From positions 32,001-96,000 of the forward strand of contig OZ244239.1 of NCBI GenBank assembly GCA_965217115.1: a DNA stretch of 64,000 bases, read 5' to 3'. This document shows, piece by piece, positions 48,977-60,027 of this stretch. Under the pieces are notes generated by a model that saw only the letters and a program-made list of their open reading frames with translations, ran no database searches and was not told the DNA's origin. The first letter of the stretch is position 1; the number at the start of each line of letters is the position of its first letter. Position numbers and translations under genes: made by a program. Source of the DNA: Bdellovibrionales bacterium. GTDB taxonomy: Bacteria > Bdellovibrionota > Bdellovibrionia > Bdellovibrionales > CAYMLA01.

Positions 48977-49544
48977 GGGATGGAATGGGAGTTAATTTCA
49001 GTCTTCTTCCCACTTCGCCCGTTTTTTGATTTAAGAGATTAATTTCAATCTGATCATGGACAAATCTTAAAGTTCCCACTGTGACCTTTTTACGATCAAT
49101 AACAAATAGTGACCAGGTTTCTCCCTTTGAGGGGACCATACTGTATTTATAATTGTGAATAGGAGTTTTATTAGAGACGAGTGCCCGTGCTATTTTTTGT
49201 GTGTAGAGTTCTAATTCAGAGTAGTTGATAAAGTTAAAAATATCTTGATTTTCAGTATACCAGGAACCCAGTAATCGACGTAGACCAACAAAATTTATCT
49301 GTGTGATTCTGATAGAATCCGAAGATTTATCAATCTTTCCTTGGGCTGAAATGAGATCTCCTGTGTCTAGTTTCTTTAAAATCTGATCGATAGGGTGAGA
49401 TGAATGAATATTATATCGCTGTCTCTTGATTTTTATAAGAACTCCAGATGGGTCTCTCTCTATAGTCCCTTGAACAGACTCTCCTAAAGAGTGGAGAGAG
49501 AAGAGGAGGATAAGAATGAAGAATTGTGTTTTAGCAAGTTTCAT
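48963..49544 (-). CDS. Hypothetical secreted protein
   Basis: 193-aa ORF with signal peptide, beta-rich, overlaps the aldolase start. Confidence 0.6.
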   Translation of the reverse strand: MKLAKTQFFILILLFSLHSLGESVQGTIERDPSGVLIKIKRQRYNIHSSHPIDQILKKLDTGDLISAQGKIDKSSDSIRITQINFVGLRRLLGSWYTENQDIFNFINYSELELYTQKIARALVSNKTPIHNYKYSMVPSKGETWSLFVIDRKKVTVGTLRFVHDQIEINLLNQKTGEVGRRLKLTPIPSHAFK

Positions 49545-49630
49545 TATCAGCTCTTATGGGGGAACTTTGGGGAAAGGTCAAAATAATACTCTCAAGAGAG
49601 GCTGTACGGGGAGTGTAGAAGATGTAGGCT

Positions 49631-50674
49631 CTAATTAACGCGTGAAGCTATTTTTTTAAGGCCCCATCGAGCAAGTTCTCCCAGGTATTGATGATCTTGA
49701 TACCGTGTAATATGGGGGAGAAGTTCCCTTAATTGTAAATTGCTTGAGACGATTATCGCATTGCGTTTGAGCTTGTTTCCAGCAGCTCTGGCTAGGGGGG
49801 TGCCTTTAAATGACTTTATAAGCCCCTTATTGGAACTGCTGAGAATAAAGCTGAGTTCATTTATGAGTTCTTTATTTGCTGGTTTCTGTGTGGTGAGTTC
49901 CTCCATGGTTTTTTTGCCAAAGACTTTCTCGTTCCATGGGCAGACTGTTTGACAGATATCGCAACCAAAGAGCCAATCACCTATTTGAGAGCGTAGTTCT
50001 ATTGAGGGGATGTCTCTGTTTTCAATGGTGAGGTAGGAGATACAACGGGTGGCATCCATTTTTTGTGGAGAGATTAATGCTCCCGTGGGGCAAGCATCTA
50101 GACAACGTTGGCAGCTACCACAATGGTTAGGTGTCATCTCCACTTCCGTTTGGTTATCTAGAGTGCTGTAAATTTCTCCTAGAAAAAACAAGCTGCCTTT
50201 TTCTCGGTCAATAAGGCAGGTGTTTTTACCGAGCCATCCGAGCCCTGCACGTTGGGCGAGCTCTCTCTCCAAAACAGGGGCTGAATCTACAAATGTTGCA
50301 AAATTCTCCCCTGGAAAAGCTTTTTGAAGCTTTTCACAAATATTCTGTAACTTATCTTTAAACCAATGGTGATAATCCTCTCCTAAGGCATAGGTGGCTA
50401 TACGGCAGGATTTAAGTGAAAAATCTGTCTGCCTACTCTCTGTAGGTGGGTAGTAGTCATGGGTAAAAACGAAGGCACTCTTTGCCATAGGAAGAAGTTT
50501 CCCTGGATTTTCTTTCTCAGGGATATGATTTTTCAAATAGGTCATATTGCCGTGATAGTTGTCTTGGATCCATTGTTTGTAGAAGTCTATGGATAACGGC
50601 CGAGAGAGGGGCACCCATTCCCATCTTATGTCGCTATCTATTGATCCAATAATTTCACTAAACCGCTGTTTCAT
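49631..50674 (-). CDS. queG: Epoxyqueuosine reductase
   Basis: YA.G.DYH, VDSAPVLER, CGSC.RCLDACPT, CISYLTIE, FGCDICQ.VCPWN. Confidence 0.93.
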   Translation of the reverse strand: MKQRFSEIIGSIDSDIRWEWVPLSRPLSIDFYKQWIQDNYHGNMTYLKNHIPEKENPGKLLPMAKSAFVFTHDYYPPTESRQTDFSLKSCRIATYALGEDYHHWFKDKLQNICEKLQKAFPGENFATFVDSAPVLERELAQRAGLGWLGKNTCLIDREKGSLFFLGEIYSTLDNQTEVEMTPNHCGSCQRCLDACPTGALISPQKMDATRCISYLTIENRDIPSIELRSQIGDWLFGCDICQTVCPWNEKVFGKKTMEELTTQKPANKELINELSFILSSSNKGLIKSFKGTPLARAAGNKLKRNAIIVSSNLQLRELLPHITRYQDHQYLGELARWGLKKIASRVN

Positions 50675-50767
50675 TTTCCATAGAAATAGGAAAGATTAAT
50701 ATCTGTGGCAATAATATTTTTTGTGCAGCCATTTAAACGTGTTTTAAATGGCTACTTTTCTGTTATA

Positions 50768-52105
50768 ATGACAGCTATGGAGATTTTTGTAAAACATCCC
50801 CACTGGCTAGGGGCTGTAGAGGTTTGTGAGACATTGCAAAAGGCAGGGTTTGTAGCCTGGCTCGCAGGTGGATGTGTTAGGGATGGATTGATGAATCGTA
50901 CCCCTAGGGATTTTGATGTGGCTACGGATGCCCTGCCAGAGCAGGTGGAAACTCTCTTTGATAGATCAATTCCTGTGGGTAAAGAATTTGGTGTGATCGT
51001 TATTCCTTTTAAAAATCAATTGGAAAATTATCAAATTGAAGTGGCCACATTTCGCAGAGATGGAGCTTATGGGGATGGGAGAAGGCCAGAGACAGTGGAA
51101 TACTCTTCCTCTCAGGAGGATGCCTGTCGCAGGGACTTTACGATCAATGGAATGTTCTATGACATGATCTCTCGTAAAGTAGTCGATTATGTTGAAGGTA
51201 GAGAAGATATTGAGGGGAGACAACTAAGAGCTATTGGAGACCCACGTAAGAGGTTCTCTGAAGATAAATTGCGTATGTTACGAGCTGTACGTTTTATTGG
51301 TGAGCTTGGTTTTAACCTCTGTGAGGAGACTAAATTGGCACTCAAAGAGTGTGCAGCAGATTTAAAAGAAGTGTCTGATGAAAGAAAGAGAGATGAACTC
51401 CTTAAACTACTCAAGAGTCCTGAGCGTCAGACCGCACTGGATCTACTTTTTGAGACGGGTCTCTTAAAGGTTCTCTTTAAAGAGTACATTAATGATAAAA
51501 TTGGCTGGAGTGATCTAAAGAGGTTCTTTGCTTATTATGAGGGAGGAGAATCAGAGGACCTGCTTTGGGTTTTGTGGCTCTTTCCTTGGAGTAGAACCTT
51601 AGGTGTGATGGGTGAATTGAGAGATAGAAAATGGGTGGTTTCGGATAAGGTAAGAAAGAAAATTGAAAAGCGTGTAGAGGTGCTAAAACTTTCCCGTCAA
51701 CAGAGCCAAAGAGTTGTTTATGTGATTACCCATTTTGACACATGGTTTTTGAGGGATGAGTTACGAAAGGGCTGGAAAGTTAGAATTTTTGCTAATGGAG
51801 AAAAAGGAGCGCTTTTACGAGAATTAATAAGACGCTTTGAGTTGGCTGAAGGGTGTTTGGATATAGAGCTTTGTGAATTAGAAGAGAACTTAGTTCGTGC
51901 AGGGGCTAACTTAGATAAGGGAACGCTGCCAGAATCAATGGTTGATGGTCAATGGTTGAAAGAAAAAGGAATTAAGTCAGGAAAAAAAATGGGCGAGTAT
52001 TTAGAAGAACTGTATTTACTACAGTTAGAAGAGCTGATTTATTCTCAAAGTGATGCCGAGAAGTGGTTAGACAGGGAGCTTAGCAAACTAGAGCCAAAAA
52101 TTTAG
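50768..52105 (+). CDS. cca: CCA tRNA nucleotidyltransferase (class II, no evident HD domain)
   Basis: GGCVRD, DFDVAT, EVATFR, YGDGRRP loop, ED..RRDFTING, RFSEDKLRMLRAVRF; start uncertain (50705-50777). Confidence 0.85.
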   Translation: MTAMEIFVKHPHWLGAVEVCETLQKAGFVAWLAGGCVRDGLMNRTPRDFDVATDALPEQVETLFDRSIPVGKEFGVIVIPFKNQLENYQIEVATFRRDGAYGDGRRPETVEYSSSQEDACRRDFTINGMFYDMISRKVVDYVEGREDIEGRQLRAIGDPRKRFSEDKLRMLRAVRFIGELGFNLCEETKLALKECAADLKEVSDERKRDELLKLLKSPERQTALDLLFETGLLKVLFKEYINDKIGWSDLKRFFAYYEGGESEDLLWVLWLFPWSRTLGVMGELRDRKWVVSDKVRKKIEKRVEVLKLSRQQSQRVVYVITHFDTWFLRDELRKGWKVRIFANGEKGALLRELIRRFELAEGCLDIELCELEENLVRAGANLDKGTLPESMVDGQWLKEKGIKSGKKMGEYLEELYLLQLEELIYSQSDAEKWLDRELSKLEPKI

Positions 52106-52296
52106 TTACGGATGTTTTTTTTATCAGCAACGCGCCCGTTGTGATTGCGCCAATTGTATTCAGGGTTACTTTTTCGTTCTTGATTCCAATCGGACCACTT
52201 TTTAGGCGGAAGATTGTGTGAGATTTTTCCGTCGGCATCAAAAATATCAGCCTGCTTACCGAAAGCAAATTCTCGAATTTTCTTTAAAACACCCAT
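52102..52296 (-). CDS. Small hypothetical protein (~64 aa)
   Basis: ATG 52296 after GGAG RBS; Trp-containing, non-random sequence (ORF extends to 52383). Confidence 0.5.
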   Translation of the reverse strand: MGVLKKIREFAFGKQADIFDADGKISHNLPPKKWSDWNQERKSNPEYNWRNHNGRVADKKNIRN

Positions 52297-52500
52297 TATA
52301 AAAAGCTCCAGTTCGTCGTGAGAATAGATTGTAAAATAAAAACACCTCTCTTGTCCATGGTTAAATCGCTTGATGACGGGCAAAAGGAGTGTTTATGAAC
52401 ATTAGAATGGCCATGTTGCAGTTTTTACGTTTCCAGCTAATTAGATTTTGCTCTTAGGTTGAGATTATGATTAATGAGTGTTTTAGAGGTGGAGATTAAT

Positions 52501-52929
52501 ATGTTATTTTCTCAGAGACAGTCCGAATTAGTGAAAGAGTTTTCTAAGTTTTCTGATTGGGAAGCTCGTTATAAACATATTATTCAATTAGGGAGGTCTT
52601 TACCAGTTATGGATGAGGATTTAAAGATAGAAGATATAAAGGTCAAGGGCTGTCAATCACAGGTCTGGCTACATGCGAGTCTTGGTGAAGATCGGAAAAT
52701 TGTTTTTTCTGCCGACAGTGATGCCATGATTGTTAAAGGATTAGTTGCGATATTGATACGTATGTACTCGGGGTTGTCACCTAGAGAAGTGATTGAGAGT
52801 CAGCCTGATTTTCTTAAAGAGATAGGTTTACAAAAACACCTATCCCCCAGTCGAGCAAATGGTCTCTATGCTATGATTAATCAAATCAAATATTACGCCA
52901 CAGCATTTGATTTGATTTTAGCGAAGTGA
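52501..52929 (+). CDS. sufE: SufE family Fe-S assembly sulfur acceptor
   Basis: WEARY..II.LG, VKGCQSQVW, DSDA.IVKGL, LSPSRANGL; ATG 52501 after GGAG (ORF track starts at 52474). Confidence 0.92.
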   Translation: MLFSQRQSELVKEFSKFSDWEARYKHIIQLGRSLPVMDEDLKIEDIKVKGCQSQVWLHASLGEDRKIVFSADSDAMIVKGLVAILIRMYSGLSPREVIESQPDFLKEIGLQKHLSPSRANGLYAMINQIKYYATAFDLILAK

Positions 52930-52970
52930 CCCGTGTTCTTGGTAGGATAAAAATCTATTTAAATCCCAGC

Positions 52971-53615
52971 TCATTTGCAGGAGAGAGAAATTTTTAGGGG
53001 AGCCTCTGTGAATTTCACGACTTCTTCAGGGGTGATGTCAGGTGCATGCTCGATAAGAACAAAGCCTTCCTTGGTCACTTCGATAACACCAAGATCAGTG
53101 ACGATAAGATCAATACAGTTAAGGCCAGTTAAGGGGAGCGTGCATTTTTTAAGAAGTTTAGGGCGACCTTTTTTATCGGTGTGTTGCATGGCCACGATAA
53201 CACGTTTAGCTCCAGCAACAAGGTCCATAGCCCCTCCCATGCCCTTGACTATTTTCCCAGGAACCATCCAGTTGGCAATATCTCCGTTTTCACTGACCTC
53301 CATGGCTCCAAGAATAGTCAAATCAACATGACCACCACGAATCATAGCAAAGCTGTCTGCCGAAGAGAAGAAAGAAGCGCCAGTGACGGTAGTGACTGTC
53401 TGCTTACCTGCATTGATAAGATCAGCATCAACGTCGTTTTCCTTTGGAAAGGCCCCCATACCCAAGAGACCATTCTCACTCTGTAGCATAACGTCTATGT
53501 CTTTAGGAATGTAATTAGCCACGAGGGTAGGGATGCCTATTCCCAGATTGACGATAAAGCCGTTCTTAATTTCTTTGGCGATTCGCTGTGCAATTTGATC
53601 CCTGGAAAAAGGCAT
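52971..53615 (-). CDS. scoB: 3-oxoacid CoA-transferase subunit B
   Basis: [13 protein letters not shown] (catalytic Glu), [19 protein letters not shown] 53615 after AGGAG (ORF extends to 53660). Confidence 0.92.
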   Translation of the reverse strand: MPFSRDQIAQRIAKEIKNGFIVNLGIGIPTLVANYIPKDIDVMLQSENGLLGMGAFPKENDVDADLINAGKQTVTTVTGASFFSSADSFAMIRGGHVDLTILGAMEVSENGDIANWMVPGKIVKGMGGAMDLVAGAKRVIVAMQHTDKKGRPKLLKKCTLPLTGLNCIDLIVTDLGVIEVTKEGFVLIEHAPDITPEEVVKFTEAPLKISLSCK

Positions 53616-53634
53616 GGGTGATCTCCTAATAGAA

Positions 53635-54330
53635 TTACTGTGTGACCGTTCTTTGCTCAATACGTTTTTCTAAATTTTTTGATAGAATAACTCTCTGTGT
53701 GAAAATACCTGGAGTGTGAATCTGATCAGGATCAAGCTCTCCAACTTCAACGATTTCTTCAACCTCAGCGATGGTGATTTTCCCAGCCATAGCTATCATG
53801 GGGTTGAAATTTCGAGCTGTCTTGCGATAAACAAGGTTGCCAAAACGATCAGCCTTCCAAGCCTTAACTAAGGCGAAGTCTCCGGTGAGGCCTGTTTCAA
53901 GAACATAACTTCTGCCATTAAACTCCCGTACTTCTTTGCCTTCGGCCACTTTAGTTCCAACACCAGTTGGTGTGAAGAAGGCGGGGATGCCGGAGCCTCC
54001 CGCTCGAATTCTTTCAGCTAATGTCCCCTGGGGATTAAACTCGACCTCAAGTTCACCATCTAAAAAGAGCTGTGCAAAAAAAGAGTTTTCTCCAACATAA
54101 GAAGAGATCATCTTTTTAATTTGCCTTGTGTGAAGCAATAGCCCCAAGCCAAAGTCATCCACGCCAGCATTGTTAGAAATACAGGTGAGATCCTTAACAC
54201 CAGATTTTTTTAAGGCTGAAATGCAATTTTCAGGAATTCCACATAATCCAAAACCCCCGACTAAAATAGTCATGTTACTCTGAACTCCTTTAAGGGCCAA
54301 TTCTGCGTTTGTATAAACTTTATCAATCAT
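53635..54330 (-). CDS. scoA: 3-oxoacid CoA-transferase subunit A
   Basis: [41 protein letters not shown]. Confidence 0.92.
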   Translation of the reverse strand: MIDKVYTNAELALKGVQSNMTILVGGFGLCGIPENCISALKKSGVKDLTCISNNAGVDDFGLGLLLHTRQIKKMISSYVGENSFFAQLFLDGELEVEFNPQGTLAERIRAGGSGIPAFFTPTGVGTKVAEGKEVREFNGRSYVLETGLTGDFALVKAWKADRFGNLVYRKTARNFNPMIAMAGKITIAEVEEIVEVGELDPDQIHTPGIFTQRVILSKNLEKRIEQRTVTQ

Positions 54331-54332
54331 AA

Positions 54333-55523
54333 TTAAACCTTCTCGACAATGACGGCGACGGCCTCACCGCCACCAATACACAGTGTTGCCAGACCGTAGT
54401 TCTTTTTTTGGGTATGTAAGGCGTGAATCAATGTGGTCAAAATACGTGCGCCACTTCCACCAATGGGGTGTCCTATGGCTACAGCTCCCCCGTGAACATT
54501 TACTTTTCCCCTGGGGATATTGAGTTTTTTCATTGCGGCGAGGGTGACAACACTAAAGGCTTCGTTGATCTCCCACAGATCGATATCGTCTACTTGCAGA
54601 TCAGCTTTGGTAAGAACTTTTTTGATAGCGCCGATAGGCGCTGTGGTGAACCACTCGGGAGCTTGGGCAAATGTGGCTTGGGCGATGATCTTAGCTATTG
54701 GTTTTAGATCGAGCTCTTTGACCTTATTCTCACTAGCGATGACAAGGGCGGCAGCACCGTCATTGATTTTACTAGCGTTGGCAGCCGTAACAGTTCCTTC
54801 TTTATCAAATGCTGGTCTAAGACTGGGGATTTTATCAAGCTTGGCGCGATCAGGTTCTTCGTCCTTGTCGACGATGATAGTTCCCTTTCTCTGTACAATC
54901 TCAACGGGAGCAATTTCGTTTTTAAAAAAACCATCGGCGTCTGCTCTCTGCGCCATTTGATAACTTTCAATGGCGAACTGGTCTTGTTCCTCACGGGTGA
55001 AGCCGTGCTTCTCAACACATTTTTCTGCGGCAACACCCATGTGAAAATTATTATAGGGATCCCAGAGTCCGTCTTTGATCATAGAATCGCTGGATTGAAC
55101 ATGTCCCATGCGATAGCCACTGCGTGAGTTTTCTAAGAGGTGGGGGGAGAGAGTCATATTTTCCTGTCCACCGGCAATGACGATTTCTGAGTGACCAGCA
55201 CTGATAGAGTCCGAAGCCAACATGACAGATTTAAGCCCAGAGCCACAAACCTTGTTAATGGTCATGCAGGGAGTTGAGTGTGAAAGCCCTGCATAAATAG
55301 CAGCTTGCCTGGCAGGCGCCTGACCGACACCTGCGGTGAGGACCTGTCCCATGATGACTTCATCGACTTGTTCAGAGGAAATTCCAGCGGTTAAAACAGC
55401 TTTTTTGATAGCTACCGCCCCGAGGTTGGGTGCTGGTAGAGAGCTAAGACTTCCCTGGAAGGAGCCAACAGGCGTGCGTGCGGCACTGATGATGTAGACT
55501 GTCTGTGACATATAATTCTCCAA
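54333..55523 (-). CDS. atoB: Acetyl-CoA acetyltransferase (thiolase)
   Basis: [24 protein letters not shown]. Confidence 0.9.
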   Translation of the reverse strand: MENYMSQTVYIISAARTPVGSFQGSLSSLPAPNLGAVAIKKAVLTAGISSEQVDEVIMGQVLTAGVGQAPARQAAIYAGLSHSTPCMTINKVCGSGLKSVMLASDSISAGHSEIVIAGGQENMTLSPHLLENSRSGYRMGHVQSSDSMIKDGLWDPYNNFHMGVAAEKCVEKHGFTREEQDQFAIESYQMAQRADADGFFKNEIAPVEIVQRKGTIIVDKDEEPDRAKLDKIPSLRPAFDKEGTVTAANASKINDGAAALVIASENKVKELDLKPIAKIIAQATFAQAPEWFTTAPIGAIKKVLTKADLQVDDIDLWEINEAFSVVTLAAMKKLNIPRGKVNVHGGAVAIGHPIGGSGARILTTLIHALHTQKKNYGLATLCIGGGEAVAVIVEKV

Positions 55524-55742
55524 AGTGACGTGATTATATTTTGCCCATAAATTGTCTTAAAAGGGGGGCTCTTGGCAACCCATGGATTAAACAACTCATT
55601 GCGACAAAGAGATGGGGTTCTACGATGATGTTCTCTGTTAAAGGATGTATTTAGTAGGACTCTTGTTTGGCTTTGCTCCTCTTTGTCTGTAAGCTGTGAG
55701 AGTATGGGGATGGATTATCAAAGGCGAAAAGGGGCGACTGGA

Positions 55743-56762
55743 ATGAAAAAGGTTTTTATTTTGATGATTCTTATATTTTTCGCCCTTCCCAGTTGGGGTT
55801 GGGTTCAGTCTATTGATGCTAGCAAGGTAAAAGCTATAAGTCTAAAGGGCTTTTATGGTGACGTCTCTATAAATGGAGTTCCTGAAGCAAAGGAGTTTCG
55901 TTTACAGATCACAGGAATGGGGGGGGGTGCCAGTGTATTTAATAGGGCTGGAAGGAACTCCCCGTGGAAATTAGCCATTAAAGAAGAGAAGGGACACTTA
56001 GAGTTATCCGTGCAAGGCCCTGAAATTAAAGGAATTTGGTGGGATATTATTCAGAGTAGAAGATCAAAATCTCCTGTGCGTATTATTATTCATGGGCCTG
56101 CTAGGAAGTTGAAATTATCTTGGTTTGAAGGGAAGGTGGAGTTGAAGGATTGGAGGGCTGAGAGTTATTTGAGTTTAAAATCAGGGAAATTATCAGTGGA
56201 GAATTCCAGTGCTTTTTTACAGGCAAGTTTGATGAAGGGGCAACTATTAGTGAAAAATCATGGGGGAGATATTCTTCTAGATACATATAGAGCAAATATA
56301 AATTTGTCTGATGTGTTAGGAGAAATTAAGATGAAGAATTTCTCTGGGAAATCTCTGTTAAAAAACAATAATGGTCGAGTTCATTTTTCTGGTCATTCAG
56401 GAGTTTTTTCTGTTCGAGGGGGAGAGGGAGAGGTTCATTTTGAAAGTCAGTCGGGAGAAATTGCTCTGGATCGATTTAAAGGTCTTCTGACGGGGAAGAG
56501 CGAAGAGGGCAGGGTGACTGTAAATGCCGTGGAAAAACCAAATATTCGTATTAGGTCAAATAGTGGAATGGTTAAGGTTGTTTTGTCCCGATCTTCTGGC
56601 TCTTGGGTGAATGTAGGAACTGCAAAGGGGGACCTGTATGTTCCCTCATCCATAAAAACAAAAAGATTTCCGAACCTTAAACTGGCACGGGGACGCTTAC
56701 CTGGCCTTGATAAGGGAACAGTGTATGTAAGAACTCAGAGCGGGAAGATTATTATTCGTTAA
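55743..56762 (+). CDS. Secreted beta-strand repeat protein (DUF4097/adhesin-like)
   Basis: Signal peptide from ATG 55743; repeated S.SG.I/V units (ORF track starts at 55683). Confidence 0.65.
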   Translation: MKKVFILMILIFFALPSWGWVQSIDASKVKAISLKGFYGDVSINGVPEAKEFRLQITGMGGGASVFNRAGRNSPWKLAIKEEKGHLELSVQGPEIKGIWWDIIQSRRSKSPVRIIIHGPARKLKLSWFEGKVELKDWRAESYLSLKSGKLSVENSSAFLQASLMKGQLLVKNHGGDILLDTYRANINLSDVLGEIKMKNFSGKSLLKNNNGRVHFSGHSGVFSVRGGEGEVHFESQSGEIALDRFKGLLTGKSEEGRVTVNAVEKPNIRIRSNSGMVKVVLSRSSGSWVNVGTAKGDLYVPSSIKTKRFPNLKLARGRLPGLDKGTVYVRTQSGKIIIR

Positions 56763-56802
56763 GTTATTGACAATAAGAAGGGTTTCCACGACCATAGCGA
56801 CC

Positions 56803-57732
56803 ATGGCAAAAGCAAAGAAGAAAACTAAAAAAACGGCGACGAAGAAAGCTGCAACTAAAAAAGTCGCAAAGAAAGTCACAAAGAAAATCGCAAAGAAAAC
56901 GGCGTCTAAAAAGAAGGCCGTCAAAAAAAAGATAGCAAAGAAAGCCGTTAAGAAATCAGCGAAGAAGACAACAAAGAGAGCTGTTGCTAAAAAAACCACG
57001 GGAAAAGGGAAAAAGAAGGTTGCAGCTAAGAGAGCTACGAAAAAAACTCTCAAGAGGGCATCTGTAAAAAAAGGTGCAACTAATAAAAAGAGCTCTAAGA
57101 AAAAAATCTCTAAGAAGAAAACAGTTAAAAAAACAGCGACTAAAAAAACAGCGACTAAAAAAGCTATAAAGAAAACTGCCACCAAAAAGGCAGTGACGAA
57201 AAAGACAGCTAAGAAATTTAAAGGAAGAAACACGAAAAAGACATCTACTCAGAGCTCCCTTTTTGCAGAAAAGGTGGCTTCGGCGTTAAAGACTTCACCT
57301 ATCGAAAAAAAGGAGTCTATTGATGAGCTGAGTAGTGTCACAGAATTTGAAGAAGAAGTGGTCCTTACAGATTCAGAGGGAAGACGTTATTGTCGGGCCA
57401 AAGAGTGTGATCAAATATCTATGGTTGAAGGGTACTGTCGTTACCACTACCTCTCTCTTTGGAAGATGATTCAAACACGGCGCAAGATACTCTCTGATGA
57501 TAAGTTAGAGGAGTATATTGTAAAATTAACGATGAGATACTCAGATAAAATATTTGGAATGATTTGGAATGATATGTGTTCAGAGAAGAATTTCTGGATG
57601 GCTGTCCAAGACATGTCTATTGATTCTGGAGCTAATAGAGATGAAGAAAACTTTGAGAGTGAAGCTAAATCCTTTATTAACGAAGTTCACGGAGTTGATT
57701 CAAAGGGTGATGACGAAGAGAATAGCTTCTAG
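56803..57732 (+). CDS. Histone H1-like Lys/Ala-rich protein with Cys3His motif and acidic C-terminal region
   Basis: About 145 aa of KKxxx repeats (KKTATKK), then C-x4-C-x8-C-x2-H and an acidic tail. Confidence 0.8.
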   Translation: MAKAKKKTKKTATKKAATKKVAKKVTKKIAKKTASKKKAVKKKIAKKAVKKSAKKTTKRAVAKKTTGKGKKKVAAKRATKKTLKRASVKKGATNKKSSKKKISKKKTVKKTATKKTATKKAIKKTATKKAVTKKTAKKFKGRNTKKTSTQSSLFAEKVASALKTSPIEKKESIDELSSVTEFEEEVVLTDSEGRRYCRAKECDQISMVEGYCRYHYLSLWKMIQTRRKILSDDKLEEYIVKLTMRYSDKIFGMIWNDMCSEKNFWMAVQDMSIDSGANRDEENFESEAKSFINEVHGVDSKGDDEENSF

Positions 57733-57880
57733 TACAAAGTTGAGATCCGCATTATAAGCCAAAAAATAAAGATATCCTAGAAAAACCATTATCGTCTCCT
57801 TGATTATAACCGATACCTAATTCGAGGTTGTCACCAATGTGATGATCAAAAACCGTTGGTGTATCAGGAGGGGAGATTCT

Positions 57881-58216
57881 ATGGGTGTGGAGTGTCATTT
57901 TAGGGATGGAAGTCAATCAGAGGAGTTAGTGGAATATATTAATGGGAAGGCTTCTGAATTGAAGAAAAGGGCCCAGTTTAAGCGTGTAAGATGTACTTTC
58001 GACCATGAAAAAGGCGAGGGCTCCTGCCTAGTTGAAGTTTATTTTGACGACGATAAGGTCTCGTTCAAATCCCACATTCTAGGGGATGATTACCATAAGA
58101 TTTTTGACAAAGCCTGGAAGAAGATGGCCCATCAGGTGAATTCCTGGCAGGGCAAGGAACCTAAGAAGTCCCATGTGCCCTGTATGCGTATTAACAAAAT
58201 ATGGAAAGCTGGTTAG
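57881..58216 (+). CDS. HPF/RaiA-like ribosome hibernation family protein (divergent)
   Basis: Pattern SEELVEYI..K, beta strands, DDY...FD.A..KM..Q; RBS AGGAGG. Confidence 0.5.
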   Translation: MGVECHFRDGSQSEELVEYINGKASELKKRAQFKRVRCTFDHEKGEGSCLVEVYFDDDKVSFKSHILGDDYHKIFDKAWKKMAHQVNSWQGKEPKKSHVPCMRINKIWKAG

Positions 58217-58342
58217 GCTAGTCAATGGTTCATATGAAACGATCTGATGGATTTTTGAAAAAGGGATTTTTGGAGCGGGCAGTCGTTGAAATTTAAGGTT
58301 TTTCTAAGATAGAATAGAGTTGTTTATCTTAGGAGATCTCTT

Positions 58343-59521
58343 GTGCGACGCCAGCGTTTAAAGTTAATATTTTTTACGATGCTTTTTTCCCTATCCCTTA
58401 AAGCATCGGAATTGGTGGAGAGGGTCTTTGAAGGGGAGAGTCAAAACCCAAACTTGATTGAAGCCAAGAAAGAAATCTTGAAAAAAGCCGTAGAAGATAC
58501 CTCAGTGACGCTTATTAAGGAGATTGTGGGGGAGGAAAAATTCTCTCGTAATCGTAAGAAGGTGTATCACCGTGTGATTAAGAACTCAGGTAAATATATG
58601 TCTTATATAAAGTCAGGGAAACCTAGACAGACGGCTGAGGGGTCTATCTCCATGGCTGTGACGATGAAATTCTCCCTAGAGAGTCTTCAAGCATTACTTT
58701 TAGAAAACGGTCTTATGTATGATAATGATGGAGCTCCCATTGTTTTACCCTTAATTGTGTATGCGGATCGAGTTCATTTGGAGTCCTATCGCTGGTGGAA
58801 GAGCAAAAAAAAGAGTTCCCATTTCTTAGCTCAGCAGCAGAAGTTATTTACTGCCTCTCTGAGAGAAGAGTTTTCTAAAAAAGGATTCTTCACGTTGACT
58901 CCAAAAAGCTATCAGTTGAAGGCACTTATTCCTGAACAGTTTAAAGTGGATCAACTCAAGAAAAAAGATTACCTATTTTTGGGTGAGTTTCTAGACACTC
59001 AACTGATTATCTACGGTGAGTATAAGGTCTCCCGTAGCCGGGAGATATCTGATAGTTATAGGATAGAGTTAAAACTCTATGGACTCCACTCTGGAAATGG
59101 CCGAGTGGTGGCAGAAATCCACAGAACCTTAAATACGGAGCCTGGTCTTTTTCGCACGGTCGTAGAGAGTCAGTTACGCAAAGAAGTAAAGAAGGTGTCT
59201 CAGGATATAGTCGTCCAAGTTTTAGAGACCTGGGAGAAAGGGACATTTGGTTCTTCTCTTTTACAGGTGTCTTTGAGCGGGGCGATTTCCTATTCTATGC
59301 AGGAGCAATTTAAGAAAGCGATAAAAAAGCAACTCCACTCTGTGAAGAATGTGCGTGAGCGGTTTTTTTCATCGAAGAGAATAGCTTTTGAAATGGATGT
59401 GTTTAAAGGTATGGACGATATGAAAAAAGCCTTTGCTAAGTTAAGATTTGGGCGGTGGCGATTGAGTTTGATTCGCTCTGAAAAAGGTCGATTATTCTAT
59501 AGACCAGTCTTGGTAAAGTAG
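58343..59521 (+). CDS. Hypothetical secreted protein
   Basis: 392-aa ORF with signal peptide and RBS AGGAG. Confidence 0.7.
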   Translation: MRRQRLKLIFFTMLFSLSLKASELVERVFEGESQNPNLIEAKKEILKKAVEDTSVTLIKEIVGEEKFSRNRKKVYHRVIKNSGKYMSYIKSGKPRQTAEGSISMAVTMKFSLESLQALLLENGLMYDNDGAPIVLPLIVYADRVHLESYRWWKSKKKSSHFLAQQQKLFTASLREEFSKKGFFTLTPKSYQLKALIPEQFKVDQLKKKDYLFLGEFLDTQLIIYGEYKVSRSREISDSYRIELKLYGLHSGNGRVVAEIHRTLNTEPGLFRTVVESQLRKEVKKVSQDIVVQVLETWEKGTFGSSLLQVSLSGAISYSMQEQFKKAIKKQLHSVKNVRERFFSSKRIAFEMDVFKGMDDMKKAFAKLRFGRWRLSLIRSEKGRLFYRPVLVK

Positions 59522-59668
59522 TCCATTAGTGTTTATAATCCCTAGGGGGAGTTATTTTAGAGGCCTTTTATCTCAGAATAATACAGAAATTTAAGACAAA
59601 CTTATTTTATTCCATAATATTCTGTTAAGATGAAACATCTTTACAACTGAATCAACCAATTTCAAGGG

Positions 59669-59905
59669 GTGTTTGAGATGGGAAAACAGAGGAAGAACCC
59701 AGTATACGTTAAATCCGGTGAATTCTTGAGAGAGAGACGCTTACTAGCAGGTTTGTCCCAGGATGAAGTGGCTGAGTCTTTGGGGTATTCTTCTTCACGC
59801 TTTGTGGCCAGTTGGGAGGATGGTATAGCTGCACCTCCTATGGGTGTTCTGACAAAAATTATGGACATATATGATGGGAAGTCCCAGCTCAAGAAAGTTC
59901 ACTAA
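59669..59905 (+). CDS. Small XRE-family HTH protein
   Basis: GEFLRERR..AGLSQ.EVA..LG.......WEDG...P. Confidence 0.7.
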   Translation: MFEMGKQRKNPVYVKSGEFLRERRLLAGLSQDEVAESLGYSSSRFVASWEDGIAAPPMGVLTKIMDIYDGKSQLKKVH

Positions 59906-60027
59906 GGAGAGTCGTTAGTCGCCGGAGTTTAAGGGGAAAGCATAGGCCTTTTTTTATTTGCAACGACTTTAGTGTGTTCTATAAAGTTACGATTTGACAT
60001 GATATTAAAAACAGCTTAAAAATCCGA

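Noticed and set aside
56697..57233. 178-aa hydrophobic ORF on the minus strand
   Set aside because: Antisense shadow of the Lys-rich repeat gene (AAA/AAG codons read as Phe/Leu).
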